DNA from: Candidatus Poribacteria bacterium
Lineage (GTDB): Bacteria; Poribacteria; WGA-4E; WGA-3G
DNA length: 64,000 nt
Reading direction: 5' to 3'
Assembly: GCA_963663765.2 (NCBI GenBank)
Contig: CAXXUA010000005.1
Span: 448,001 to 512,000 of the forward strand
The notes beneath the pieces are model-generated. The model was not told the DNA's origin, made no database searches, and saw only the letters and a program-made list of their open reading frames with translations. A program made the position numbers and the translations under genes. Below, in pieces: positions 16,351 through 27,517 of the stretch (position 1 is the first letter of the stretch; each line of letters begins with the position of its first letter).

Positions 16351-19219
16351 AAAGGAAAAGTTTAACTTCGCTGATCGGCACATAGGTCCTTGGCCTGAGG
16401 ACGTTCAACAGATGCTGACAACACTCGGATATACTTCAATGGAAGCATTCATTGAGGATGTTGTCCCGTCAGATATACGTTTAACCTCCCCACAAAGTCT
16501 AAACATCGGTGAAAAAGCCAACTACTCTCAAGGTCTTTCAGAGGATGAAGTAGTTGAAGCATTAAAACACCTTGCGAGCCAGAATCAAGTTTACCGTTCC
16601 TATATCGGAATGGGTTACTATGACTGCTTCGTTCCCCCAGTCATCCAAAGAAACATCCTTGAAAATCCCGGTTGGTATACCCAATACACACCCTATCAAG
16701 CAGAAATTTCTCAAGGTCGTTTAGAAGCGTTGCTCAACTTCCAAACAATGGTGATAGATTTAACCGGACTGCCTGTCGCCAATGCTTCACTGCTTGATGA
16801 GGCTACTGCTGCAGCAGAAGCTATGGGAATGTGTTATGCAAATGTACCAAGTGAGATCAGTCGTATCTTTTTTGTATCAGAAACCTGCCATCCGCAAACA
16901 ATCGCTGTACTGCAGACACGTGCAGAACCCCTCGGCATTGAGTTAATTATCGGTAATCATTGGGATGTCAATTTTGACACACCAATATTAGGTGCAATCG
17001 TTCAGTATCCCGCAACGGACGGATCGATTTATGATTACCAACAATTCGCTGAACAGGTGCATGCAGCAGGTGGATTATTTGTTACTGCAACAGACCTTTT
17101 AGCACTCATGCTCTTGAAACCGCCAAGTGAATTCGGAGCAGACATTGCCATTGGCAACTCACAACGGTTTGGTGTTCCACTCGGATATGGGGGTCCGCAT
17201 GCAGCATTTCTCTCTACGCATGAAGAACTCAAACGCAGCATCCCTGGTCGGATTGCTGGTGTCTCACACGATGCAAACGGGAATCCTGCAATCCGTTTAG
17301 CACTCCAGACACGTGAACAACACATCCGACGCGAAAAGGCTACGAGCAACATCTGTACAGCACAAGTACTCCTTGCAGTGATGGCAGGTATGTATGCAGT
17401 TTATCATGGTCCTAAAGGACTTAGACAGATTGCTGACCGTGTCCATACGCTAACTTGTACTCTACGTAATGAACTTGATCAACTCGGTTTTCCTACTGGA
17501 GATACCCCCTGTTTTGATACACTCTATGTTAATGTTGGTACACAAAATATTAAAAAAATACTTAATACTGCTAAAGCAAAACAGGTCAATCTACGTGCAA
17601 TTGATTCATCACACATTGGTATTTCACTTGACGAAACTACGACACATGCTGATGTTGAAGACTTGATAAGACTCTTTCCAAATAATACTACTGAAAAACA
17701 AGACAACAAACCTATTGAAATTAATATCCCTAAAGAATTACGACGTACAACCCCATGTCTTACCCATCCTGTTTTCAATAGTTATCATTCTGAAACAGAG
17801 ATGCTCAGATATATCCATAGATTGCAAACGAAAGACCTTTCTCTCGTAAACGCAATGATACCACTCGGTTCTTGCACCATGAAACTCAACGCGACAACAG
17901 AAATGGTGCCTGTCACATGGCAAGAATTCGGGGGTTTGCATCCATTCGTTCCAAGTGAACAGGCACAAGGATATCATATCTTATTTGAACAGTTAGAAAC
18001 ATGGTTAGCAGAGATTACTGGTTATAGTGGTATTTCATTGCAACCAAATGCTGGCTCACAAGGGGAATATGCAGGATTGTTAGTCATCCGGAAATACCAT
18101 CAAAGTCGAAACGAAGACCATCGCGATGTGTGCCTTATACCAACATCAGCACACGGCACAAACCCCGCAAGTGCAGTTATGGCGGGTATGAAAGTTGTCG
18201 TCGTCGCATGTGATACAGAAGGTAACATTGATATAAATGATCTACAAGAAAAAGCTGAAGAAAATCAAGAAACACTTTCCGCAGCGATGATTACCTATCC
18301 TTCAACGCACGGTGTTTTTGAAGAGAATATCCATGAGATCTGTGCAATCGTTCATCAATACGGGGGTCAGGTATATATGGATGGTGCGAATCTCAATGCA
18401 CTTGTCGGATTGAGTCAACCTGCAGCCCTCGGTGCTGATGTCTGCCATCTCAATTTACACAAGACGTTCTGTATTCCACACGGAGGCGGCGGTCCAGGTA
18501 TGGGACCTATCGGTGTGAAGGCACATCTAACAAATTTCTTACCTAATCATCCTATCGTCAAAGTCGGGGGAACCCATGGAATTGGACCTGTGTCGGCAGC
18601 ACCCTGGGGAAGTCCAGGAATTCTACCTATCTCATGGACATACATTGCGATGATGGGAGCAGATGGACTTAAATATGCAACAGAAGTTGCTATCCTGAAT
18701 GCAAATTATATAGCCAAACAACTAGAAACACATTATCCTGTGCTTTACACAGGTAAAAATGGATTGGTTGCACATGAATGTATCATTGATTTACGCAACT
18801 ATAAGAAAACCGCAGGTATAGATGTAACGGATGTTGCAAAACGTCTCATGGATTACGGTTTCCACGCTCCTACAGTATCTTGGCCCGTTCTCGGTACAAT
18901 GATGATTGAGCCTACTGAAAGCGAATCTAAAGAAGAAATTGATCGTTTCTGTGATGCTCTTATTGCTATACGTGAAGAAATCGCAGAAATTGAAAATGGC
19001 AATGCAGACAGAGATGATAATGTCTTGATAAACGCTCCACATACTGTAGAATCAGTTACACAAACTGACTGGGATCATCCCTATTCACGTGAAAAAGCTG
19101 CATTTCCAAAACCTTGGGTACGACAAAGAAAATTTTGGTCTTCAGTTGCACGAATTAACGAAGTTCATGGAGACAGAAACCTTGTTTGTTCCTGTCCACC
19201 ACTCGCAGAATACGAATAA
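16343..19219 (+). CDS. gcvP: Glycine dehydrogenase (decarboxylating), single-chain
   Basis: [36 protein letters not shown]; start ATG 16343 overlaps the gcvH end. Confidence 0.97.
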   Translation: MLEKEKFNFADRHIGPWPEDVQQMLTTLGYTSMEAFIEDVVPSDIRLTSPQSLNIGEKANYSQGLSEDEVVEALKHLASQNQVYRSYIGMGYYDCFVPPVIQRNILENPGWYTQYTPYQAEISQGRLEALLNFQTMVIDLTGLPVANASLLDEATAAAEAMGMCYANVPSEISRIFFVSETCHPQTIAVLQTRAEPLGIELIIGNHWDVNFDTPILGAIVQYPATDGSIYDYQQFAEQVHAAGGLFVTATDLLALMLLKPPSEFGADIAIGNSQRFGVPLGYGGPHAAFLSTHEELKRSIPGRIAGVSHDANGNPAIRLALQTREQHIRREKATSNICTAQVLLAVMAGMYAVYHGPKGLRQIADRVHTLTCTLRNELDQLGFPTGDTPCFDTLYVNVGTQNIKKILNTAKAKQVNLRAIDSSHIGISLDETTTHADVEDLIRLFPNNTTEKQDNKPIEINIPKELRRTTPCLTHPVFNSYHSETEMLRYIHRLQTKDLSLVNAMIPLGSCTMKLNATTEMVPVTWQEFGGLHPFVPSEQAQGYHILFEQLETWLAEITGYSGISLQPNAGSQGEYAGLLVIRKYHQSRNEDHRDVCLIPTSAHGTNPASAVMAGMKVVVVACDTEGNIDINDLQEKAEENQETLSAAMITYPSTHGVFEENIHEICAIVHQYGGQVYMDGANLNALVGLSQPAALGADVCHLNLHKTFCIPHGGGGPGMGPIGVKAHLTNFLPNHPIVKVGGTHGIGPVSAAPWGSPGILPISWTYIAMMGADGLKYATEVAILNANYIAKQLETHYPVLYTGKNGLVAHECIIDLRNYKKTAGIDVTDVAKRLMDYGFHAPTVSWPVLGTMMIEPTESESKEEIDRFCDALIAIREEIAEIENGNADRDDNVLINAPHTVESVTQTDWDHPYSREKAAFPKPWVRQRKFWSSVARINEVHGDRNLVCSCPPLAEYE

Positions 19220-19277
19220 ACATATATCACAAAAGGTAGAATGTTCTAACTAAGAACCTACAAGAAAAATACCAAAC

Positions 19278-20651
19278 ATGAAAGCAGTCATCATAGGTGC
19301 AGGTGAAGTCGGATTTCACACTGCCAAATTGCTAACAGCAGAAAAAAACGATGTCGTCTTGATAGACGAATCAGAAGAAGCCTGTCAACGCGTAAACGAG
19401 CAACTGGATTTGCAGACATTGTGCGGTTCTGGTGCATCCCCAGTATTGCTAAAAAAGGCTGGAATCAGTGATGCCGAACTTATCATTGCTGTTACGAACA
19501 GTGATGAAATCAATATGCTTGCATGCCAAATTGCTGAACGTTATCAAGTAGAAACAAAAATCGCACGTGTTTCAAATCCAGATTATTTTTCAGATGAAAG
19601 CGGGTTGACACCGCAAGATTTCGGTATTAACTTGCTTGTTAATCCTGAAAGACTCTGCGTTGAGGAGTTTATACGTCTCCTAAAAACACCTGAAGCTCGA
19701 GAAATTGTTGAATTTGAAGATGGAAGAATACAACTCGCGGCATTTCGCATAAGAGCGAAAAATCCATTTATTGGAAAATCTCTTATGGAATTAGATAAGG
19801 ATGGAGTGGTTTCTGATGTGCGTTTTGCAGCAATAAAAAGACGGGGTGAAAAAGATGTCATCATACCGAGAGGGAATGATGTACTCAGACAAGGAGATGA
19901 TGTTTTTGTCATTGGTAGTGCATTCGCAATTGAACAATTGTTCAGATTGTTCGGGATATTTTTCAACACACATCTGCATCGTGTTGTAATTGTTGGTGCA
20001 AGTACCATAGGAATTGAACTTGCACGTGAACTTGAAGGGAACGGTACTGATGTAAAACTGATTGAATCCGATGAGAAACTTGCCGAACTGGCTTCACAAA
20101 CCTTAAAAAGAACAACTGTTCTTCATGGTAATTACCTACAATTTCATTTGTTAGAGGAAGCTGGGATTGAAGAAGCAAATGGATTTGTTTCGGTTACAGG
20201 GGATGACGAAAATGATATTATGGCATGCATGACTGCAAAGGAGCACGGCGCACAACGCGCACTAGCTTTAATCCAACAACCGCGTTACCTTCCGCTGCTC
20301 AATCGTATACCACGTTTAGATGGTGCAGTCAGTAGACATCTGACCGTTGTTAGTAACCTTCTACGTCTCATCCGTCGTGGAAATATTGTCTCTGTTGCTT
20401 CACTTCACGAAATTGATGCCGAAGTAATTGAAATCATTACGGGTGTTAACGCGAAAATCGCGCATAAAGAAATCAGCACTTTGAGAAACAAACTACCAGA
20501 CAATGCATTTATTGGTGCAATACTCCGGCGCGAAAAACTCATTATTCCACATGGTGACACAGTGATCCAACCTGCCGATCGTGTTATTGTCTTCAGTATG
20601 CCGGACGCAATCGCTGTTGTTGAAGATATGTTCGCTACACGTAGGGTGTGA
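19278..20651 (+). CDS. trkA: Trk potassium uptake protein TrkA
   Basis: Two RCK_N/RCK_C pairs, GAGEVG motif, 457 aa. Confidence 0.92.
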   Translation: MKAVIIGAGEVGFHTAKLLTAEKNDVVLIDESEEACQRVNEQLDLQTLCGSGASPVLLKKAGISDAELIIAVTNSDEINMLACQIAERYQVETKIARVSNPDYFSDESGLTPQDFGINLLVNPERLCVEEFIRLLKTPEAREIVEFEDGRIQLAAFRIRAKNPFIGKSLMELDKDGVVSDVRFAAIKRRGEKDVIIPRGNDVLRQGDDVFVIGSAFAIEQLFRLFGIFFNTHLHRVVIVGASTIGIELARELEGNGTDVKLIESDEKLAELASQTLKRTTVLHGNYLQFHLLEEAGIEEANGFVSVTGDDENDIMACMTAKEHGAQRALALIQQPRYLPLLNRIPRLDGAVSRHLTVVSNLLRLIRRGNIVSVASLHEIDAEVIEIITGVNAKIAHKEISTLRNKLPDNAFIGAILRREKLIIPHGDTVIQPADRVIVFSMPDAIAVVEDMFATRRV

Positions 20652-20812
20652 TTGATAACTTCCAAATCCCATACTAAGTTAGTATATACAGATATATATT
20701 GTGAATTATATAGGAAGAATATACATCTAACAATTTGGATAGTTAATGAAACAGTTCTTATCTGGGACAGGGATAAATTCACAAAGAAAATGATGACTAA
20801 CAATATAGGAAA

Positions 20813-22807
20813 TTGATGATGAAAAAAAGTCTTTTACTTTATACCTTACTTCTACTGAATATATCTATATCCTCTATCAGTTATGCACAAGACAACACAC
20901 AGACAGGCTTACCTGAAGGTGCAATTGCACGCATTGGAAAAGGTGGAATCAATATCATGCGATTCTCAGCAGATGGCAAGTACCTTGCAGTGGGTACGGA
21001 TGTTGGTGTATGGATATATGATATTCATGAAGGTAATGAAACTGGTTTGTTCACAGGTAAACCCGGGCAAGTTAATGCACTGGCATTCTCAAAAGATGGT
21101 ACAGTTCTTGCAAGTAGTGGTTATGAAAGTCGGATAATTCAGATGTGGAACTTAGTCACTGGTGAAAAACGGAATCATATTGAGTTGGATAAAAGGTCAG
21201 ATTCAGTTTCGGCATTAGAGATCAAAGAAAAAATACTCATCAGCACTGATCGAATAGGCAAACTAACCTATTTCAATGTTGATTCAGGTCAAGTATTAAC
21301 AGAATCTAAGGATGTTGGTTTTCATGATTCGATTGCATTCTCTGAAGATGGTAACAATTTTGCATTAGGTGTACGCGGTGGTCGAATACATTATTGGGAT
21401 GTAACATCGGTCAAGAAAGAAAAAACACTATTAGGTCATGCGAACTTATTCAATAGAGGCGAAAATACAATTAATGCTTTGGCAATTTCCCCTGATGGGG
21501 GAATCATTGCAAGTGGAAGCGAAGACAAAACCGTGCAGCTTTGGGATACCCGGAATTATAAACTTCTCTCACGACTAAAAGGACATAGTGGATGGGTTAC
21601 CTCGCTTGCTTTTTCAAAAGATGGGAAACTACTTGCAAGTGGAGATGCTCAGAAGACAATAAAACTCTGGGACGTGGAATCCAAGAAGTTAACAGAAACT
21701 ATAATCGGGCATAATAACACCATAAATGCATTAGCTTTTGTACCTGAAGGAACGCATCAGTACAGTGGGTGTCTTGCAAGTGGGAGTGCTGATGGAACTA
21801 TCCGTTTTTGGAATCCGAATACTGGAGAAGAAATCACTATCTTTACGACAGGACATACAGAGTGGGTAAAAGCATTAGCCTTTTCTGAAAATGACACAAC
21901 CCTTGCAAGTGCTGTCTTCAATGGTACAGTAGAGTTGTGGAGTCTACAGACAATGCAAGAACTTACCACCTTTACTATGGGTCTTAGTGATGCAACTGAT
22001 AGTGTGAAGTTATCACCAAATGCTAAGTACTTTGTCTGTCGTGGAAGTACAGGAATGATTGCATTTAATTCTTTAGGATACGGGGTGCGTAGTAGTAGTA
22101 GAATGGATGACAAGTATAAAATATGGGAAATTGCATCTGGTAATGAATTGCAAATTCCGATTCAGCAGCGTTCTTTTGCACGTACACTCCCCACTTTTTC
22201 ACCAAATAGTGATATGATTGCCGCAAATGATCGTCAAGAAATTAGCATTTTACATTTTGAAACTGGTACTGAGTTGTTTCGTATGAAACCGCGTCAGTCA
22301 ATACATCGTGGACAACTTGTATTTTCACATGATGGGAAAAAATTTGCTGCAGTTAGGCATCATAACAGACCTCAGGTGTGGGATATTACCACGCAGAAGG
22401 AGATTACTCCTGCAGGTGTTGGTATATCAGAAAATCTTGCGTTTGCTCCAGATGGGAAAACATTCGCGTCTGCTAGTCCACAGAGTATTTCTCTATGGAA
22501 ATTTGAGGCAAACAATAAGAATTCTCACAGAAAACTAACTCAAACATTCTGGAGGATATCTGAAGCAATAACATTTTCTCCCGATGGAAAAGTCCTTCTT
22601 GGTACCGACAGAAAACGTATTAAGTTAGTAAGTGTAGAAACAGGAAAGTTCATCGGAAGTCTTACAGGTCATACGGAACCGATTGAGTCATTAGTGTTTT
22701 CACACAATGGTAAAACACTTGCAAGTGGAAGTCAAGATGGGACGGTAATGTTGTGGGATTGGGAAAAGATCATTAACGACGAATTATATAATCAACAATT
22801 GCGATAG
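20813..22807 (+). CDS. Secreted WD40-repeat protein
   Basis: Signal peptide, LPEGAIARIGKG, many GH..V..LAFS.DG..LASG.D..I.LW repeats. Confidence 0.92.
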   Translation: MMMKKSLLLYTLLLLNISISSISYAQDNTQTGLPEGAIARIGKGGINIMRFSADGKYLAVGTDVGVWIYDIHEGNETGLFTGKPGQVNALAFSKDGTVLASSGYESRIIQMWNLVTGEKRNHIELDKRSDSVSALEIKEKILISTDRIGKLTYFNVDSGQVLTESKDVGFHDSIAFSEDGNNFALGVRGGRIHYWDVTSVKKEKTLLGHANLFNRGENTINALAISPDGGIIASGSEDKTVQLWDTRNYKLLSRLKGHSGWVTSLAFSKDGKLLASGDAQKTIKLWDVESKKLTETIIGHNNTINALAFVPEGTHQYSGCLASGSADGTIRFWNPNTGEEITIFTTGHTEWVKALAFSENDTTLASAVFNGTVELWSLQTMQELTTFTMGLSDATDSVKLSPNAKYFVCRGSTGMIAFNSLGYGVRSSSRMDDKYKIWEIASGNELQIPIQQRSFARTLPTFSPNSDMIAANDRQEISILHFETGTELFRMKPRQSIHRGQLVFSHDGKKFAAVRHHNRPQVWDITTQKEITPAGVGISENLAFAPDGKTFASASPQSISLWKFEANNKNSHRKLTQTFWRISEAITFSPDGKVLLGTDRKRIKLVSVETGKFIGSLTGHTEPIESLVFSHNGKTLASGSQDGTVMLWDWEKIINDELYNQQLR

Positions 22808-22860
22808 TTTTTCTACAATTTAGTTTTTTGGTATCATTATATATTCATCATTTTATTCTG

Positions 22861-23103
22861 CTAATAGATGATGCATTGTCCATCAGTGCAAACGCTTCCT
22901 GCCTTTTGCGTAGCGTCGCCAGCCATATTTTCTTCCTCAGCAGATTCAAATTCCGAAATTAGAGATACAGATTCATTAGATGGTTCTGATATATTGAACT
23001 GTAGCGAATCGTTATCAGTGAAGGTTAATGAACATCCTGCTAATATGACAACAGCAACTATCACACAAGTTACTAATAGAAGGTTACTCCATTGAATTTT
23101 CAT
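22861..23103 (-). CDS. Small lipoprotein with C-terminal CTDGQC motif
   Basis: Lipobox LAGC; starts 4 bp after the DUF362 gene stop. Confidence 0.7.
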   Translation of the reverse strand: MKIQWSNLLLVTCVIVAVVILAGCSLTFTDNDSLQFNISEPSNESVSLISEFESAEEENMAGDATQKAGSVCTDGQCIIY

Positions 23104-23107
23104 AAGT

Positions 23108-24220
23108 CTATACCTCTATTTTCTGAAGATTCACTTGTTCCAGTGAATTCATTCCTAATCCAAGTCTTGCTGCCGAACTGATGTGGTTAGCAAATTTTGA
23201 CATTGAATTCAACCCCATTTCTTCACGTTTCTGATTGACAGTTTGTAGTATTAAGACATCAAGAATAACTGGATCTTGACTGACAAACATTCCTCCATAC
23301 TGCCATGTGCTTTCAGCGTGATATAAGGGGCCACGGTCATAAGATGCTACTAAACCATCAACGATGTTGAGGACGACCTTATCTTTTAGCACTATATTCT
23401 CAAAGATTTCTCCGATTGCAGGGTTACAGTAAAGTGGTTTCCCATGAAATCTGCGAGTGTTATCAACACTGCCGAAAGCTATGTTCTTTAGACATCCACT
23501 CACACCTGCCATATCATGATGTTTCAGCACAGGGACGTTTACTATAACATCTACCATTTCCGTTACAATCCGTGAATATCGGGAACGTGTGCTTTCATTT
23601 TCTCGTCTGGTAATGCTGTCCTTTTCAGTTTCATAATAGACATCATCATCGTAACCGATATCGGGTAGGTCAGATGAAAGCGTACGAACAGTTGCTTCAT
23701 CGGTCTTGATAGGATACCCCGCATTTAGCAGGTGTTTTTCAAAGCGGTCCCAAATAATAATCTGTTTTTTTAGAACGCCAGCATTGAATAGACCATCAAT
23801 GATTTTGTCAACGATAATGGCATGTGTGCTTAATTGTGGACCTGCGATTGGGTTAACTTTTATACCAACGACTTGGTCTGGTAGGACGATTTCTCGCCAT
23901 GCCTCTTTCGCGGATTCGCGATCGGTGAGTTTCATCAATGCTTGATCAACCATTTCACCGACAGCATCCTCATTGAGTTGGTCTTCTTCCCAGACATTTT
24001 TCCCGAGAACTTCCACAGCTGGTGTTAGATCTGTAGCTTTTGGTTGAATGACAGGTACTTTTCCACCAATCTGTGCGAAAGCAGGGAGTGTAGTCAGTGC
24101 TACCCCACCAATTGTACCAATTTGACCAAGGAATTGCCGTCTGTTGAATTTGTCTTGATTGCGAAATGTCTCTTCGCTATCTGTGAGAATATTTGCAATA
24201 ACTTTATCATCTGTTTTCAT
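23108..24220 (-). CDS. Tat-exported DUF362-domain protein
   Basis: RRQFL Tat motif, VGIKVN, NVPVLKHH..GVSGCLKN, DPVILD; ATG overlaps the upstream stop (TGATG). Confidence 0.85.
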   Translation of the reverse strand: MKTDDKVIANILTDSEETFRNQDKFNRRQFLGQIGTIGGVALTTLPAFAQIGGKVPVIQPKATDLTPAVEVLGKNVWEEDQLNEDAVGEMVDQALMKLTDRESAKEAWREIVLPDQVVGIKVNPIAGPQLSTHAIIVDKIIDGLFNAGVLKKQIIIWDRFEKHLLNAGYPIKTDEATVRTLSSDLPDIGYDDDVYYETEKDSITRRENESTRSRYSRIVTEMVDVIVNVPVLKHHDMAGVSGCLKNIAFGSVDNTRRFHGKPLYCNPAIGEIFENIVLKDKVVLNIVDGLVASYDRGPLYHAESTWQYGGMFVSQDPVILDVLILQTVNQKREEMGLNSMSKFANHISSAARLGLGMNSLEQVNLQKIEV

Positions 24221-24825
24221 CAGAGTTTACCTAATTCTGTGAGGATTGTTGCTGTTGGAACGCGTGTATTTTGTGAATCAATAGACTTCCAAGCGATCTT
24301 TCCATCCGTTGATATAATAAAGGCTGCAGGTCTTGCTATTGATGTGTCAGTTTGATCAAGCACATTATACGCATTTATAACATCTTTGTCTGCATCAGCA
24401 AGTACTGGAAAACTGAGACCGATTTTTTCTATTGTCCCTTTTGTTGTATCCACATCTTCAGAACTGATAGCGAATAATTCTGCATCGGCAGTTTGGATGT
24501 TCTCATAATTGTCTTGCAACTCGCCGAGTTGTGTCTGACAAATTCCTCATCCACCCGTGCGATAAAAAACGACGACCACTTTTTTGGTGCCGATATAGTC
24601 TTGTAGGTTGTGAGTTTCACCGTATCCATCAGGTAATTCAAATGTAGGAGCAGTAATACCTATGGGTAAACCATCACCAACTGGTAATTCCTCAGAGTCA
24701 TCACCCGAATCAATCAGCTCCATATTCTGTATTACTTCCTCAGTTACAGGATCGTCGGTTGAGGTACAACTAAATACTCCCATGAGTAATAATACAAATG
24801 AAAAATAAACTATAGTTTGTTTCAT
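24220..24825 (-). CDS. Selenocysteine-containing AhpC/TSA (peroxiredoxin-like) lipoprotein, UxxC, 201 aa
   Basis: ORFs 24547-24825 and 24220-24519 are in frame: FYRTGG-TGA-GICQTQLGEL. Hairpin CAACTC-GGC-GAGTTG follows. Lipobox VFSC. Confidence 0.92.
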
Positions 24826-24853
24826 AGTTACTCCTCATACTCATCTGTTATTA

Positions 24854-24961
24854 GAACCTATCTCATAAATAAGTATTTTAGATTCAACGGGCGGGGAAAC
24901 CCCACCCCTACAATGTTAACGATAGAGAACAATCCAATATTTGGATTTATGAGATACGCTT
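24854..24961. mobile_element. MITE family D (same ends as the 976-1276 units, different interior), TA flanks
   Basis: GAACCTATCTCATAAAT...ATTTATGAGATACGCTT with internal hairpin GGGCGGGGAAACCCCACCCCTAC. Confidence 0.8.
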
Positions 24962-24969
24962 TAGATATA

Positions 24970-26073
24970 TCAAAGTTTACCTAATTCTGTGAAAATATCC
25001 TGAATAGGCACTCTATGACTGGTACCTCCAAGGAATTTGGATACAATTGTTCCTTGTGGGTTTAATATATAGGTAGAAGGTCTGGCGATTCTGGTATTAC
25101 CTCTATCAACAACGTTATATGTCTTGATAACATCCAAACTACCGTCAGAAAGTACTGTGTAGTCAAGTCCTTCATTTTGTACAGTATTTTTAGTAGTTGA
25201 TATGTTATCAGAACTGATAACGATGAGTTCTCCACCTGCAGATTTAATTTCATTGTAGTTCTGTTGCAACTCAACGAGTTGCTCTACGCAAAACGGTCAC
25301 CAGCTACCTCTATAGAAGATCAGTACGACGTTATTGTCTGATGTATAGTCAGAGAGCGAATGTTGTGCACTGTTTCCATCAGGTAATTCAAAATCCGGTG
25401 CGATGCTTCCAACGACTAATCCTTCACCTGGACCGAGCGTAACAGGGTCAGGAATTTTTGTCAGTTGAATAGTCAAATCATAGATCTGATCCGCGCTGAG
25501 GGGTTGTATGACTATCTCACTATCTTCATAGTCTTCATGCGATATATTTAGTGTAATAATCTGATCGATAGGAAGATTTTCAAAAGAAAATACCCCTTCA
25601 TTATTTGTTAGTGCAGACATATTTTCTTCATCTTCCGTAGTAAGTTGCACAAGTATATTTGCCAGTGGATTGCCAGAGTCAATATCAGCTAATACTCCCG
25701 ATATATGAGATACTGGTTCTGTTAGTACTACAAGCACAGTCTGTACCAAAGATACAATTTCATCTGCGAAAACTGTTGCATTCAACTCTGTCATCTCATA
25801 CCCTTGTGCAGAAATTTGAATTGTATAATCTCCTTCCTCAAGCTCGGTAAATTCGTAAGTCGAATCCGTCTCAACTTGTCCTATAAGTTCTCCTGCTTTC
25901 AGTATACGGACCTGAATTGATGCACCGTCAATTGATTGTACTTCACCAGAAATGGATCCCGTTTGAATAAAGCTTTTGTCAATTACATCTTCATCAACGT
26001 CTTCTGTTGTTCCACATCCGTATGCAATTAGCATCAAGCATGTTAAAGCAAGAAGTGTAAGTGTTCGTTTCAT
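24970..26073 (-). CDS. Selenocysteine-containing lipoprotein: two carboxypeptidase-regulatory-like domains plus AhpC/TSA domain, UxxC, 367 aa
   Basis: ORFs 25297-26088 and 24970-25269 are in frame: FYRGSW-TGA-PFCVEQLVEL. Hairpin GCAACTC-GTT-GAGTTGC. ATG 26073 with GAGGA RBS. Lipobox AYGC. Confidence 0.92.
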
Positions 26074-26186
26074 GAGTATTATCCTCAATTATTTTTATAT
26101 ATGATTTTCATAAGTTCCACTTTTAACATTTTCTATTTTTTGTAAAATGGATATGTTTTTTGAACCAGGTTTTACAAGATTTTGAG

Positions 26187-26678
26187 TCAGGCGATAAAAT
26201 GCAAATTATCATCAGACACATTAATAGACCCATCAATTCTTGAATTTGTTTCGGCACTATTACGCAGATAGATAGATACTGTATTACCCGAGCCACCGTT
26301 CCAAATAAGATACCATGGTAATACTTGTGTTGTGTCTTCATAATTCTTACCTACAAGAGAACCACCGACTTTTGTCCCTTTGTAGTTGAGCGTAATAGAA
26401 AATGAAGTTCCAATAGGAAATCCAAGAGAGTCTGCATGGGGAACTTCAACCCAATCATCTGTTCCATCAAATTCCAATGCCTTCCCGAACACACCATCAA
26501 CCAACTTTGCGCCGTGGATAGTGCCATCATTACCGTTGTCGGATGAATCGGTTGCTACACCTGCCGAATCCCTATTAAACAACCACATCCCCATGATATT
26601 ATCTAAATCAATTGCTGCATAGGCTGGGAGTGTTATTACACAGATTGTTAAAAGCATTAGTATAGTCTTTTGTATCAA
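26187..26678 (-). pseudogene. Truncated LamG-like jellyroll secreted protein
   Basis: GMWLF..DSSDNGNDG..GVFGKALEFDG; ends mid-domain next to a TGAACCAGG-type repeat. Confidence 0.65.
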
Positions 26679-26762
26679 AATATTTTTCCCTCCAATTGAA
26701 ATTTGCTACCTTGATAGTATATCATAATACGTTTTATAAAGTCAAAAAATTTTCAACAAAAG

Positions 26763-27127
26763 CAGGGTTATTCAGTTTTTGGTATTTTTGGCAAATATGT
26801 TAACATACTTTAATATGTTTGTTTGTATATTGTCGGATTGATATTACCTTAGTCTGAACCAGGATTTAAAAATCAAGAAATCAACGGTATGAATGCTATA
26901 TAGCATTCCCCGGGTATGAATGCCTTATGGCATTCCCCGGGATTTACAGATTTTCAGGATTAGAGTTTTATGCCGTTGATTTCGATTGAAAAGATAGACT
27001 TTCCCTCAGCAGAAACGCTTGATGCGGTAAATCTTGGAAATCCGTAAATCCTGCTAATCCTGGTTCAGACAATCGGGGTTACAAACCCCTCCCACAAGAA
27101 TCCATTTCGGACAATTGAATAACCCTG
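26763..27127. mobile_element. MITE family C (TIR CAGGGTTATTCA) containing nested repeats and micro-elements
   Basis: CAGGGTTATTCAG...TTGAATAACCCTG; internal TCTGAACCAGGATT/AATCCTGGTTCAGA pair; doubled micro-element at ~26870-26938. Confidence 0.7.
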
Positions 27128-27517
27128 GGGTACGACAGAAAGATTTGACAAGTAATTGTTAGTGGTAATCTGTAAATCCTGCTAATCCTGGTTCAGACTA
27201 TCGGGGTTACAAACCCCTCCCACAAGAGAAACCCTCCAACACAGTCGGGGTTGAAAACCCCTCACACAAAAGAAAATACCAACACTTTTTTCTTAAATTG
27301 ACGCTCATGGTGAGGTTTCCTAACCGCACTGACCATCGTAAAAAAAGATAGATCCAGTTAATTTGGTATCACCTCAGGCATCGGTGCTATCCGTGTAATC
27401 TTGTATCTGTATTTTGTTAGATTTGCAGATTGTATGAATTGACGAAAAATAACTGTTTGACTGCAAGCAACAATTCATGCAATAATAGCACATACAATAA
27501 GACAATCAAGAAATAAT

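Noticed and set aside
2721-25299. Alternative genetic code (UGA=Trp or Gly) as the explanation for in-frame TGAs
   Set aside because: Conserved genes end at TGA at the expected positions (gcvH, trkA, both sulfatases, copA) and Trp is encoded by TGG. The internal TGAs occur only in CxxC-like positions followed by hairpins.
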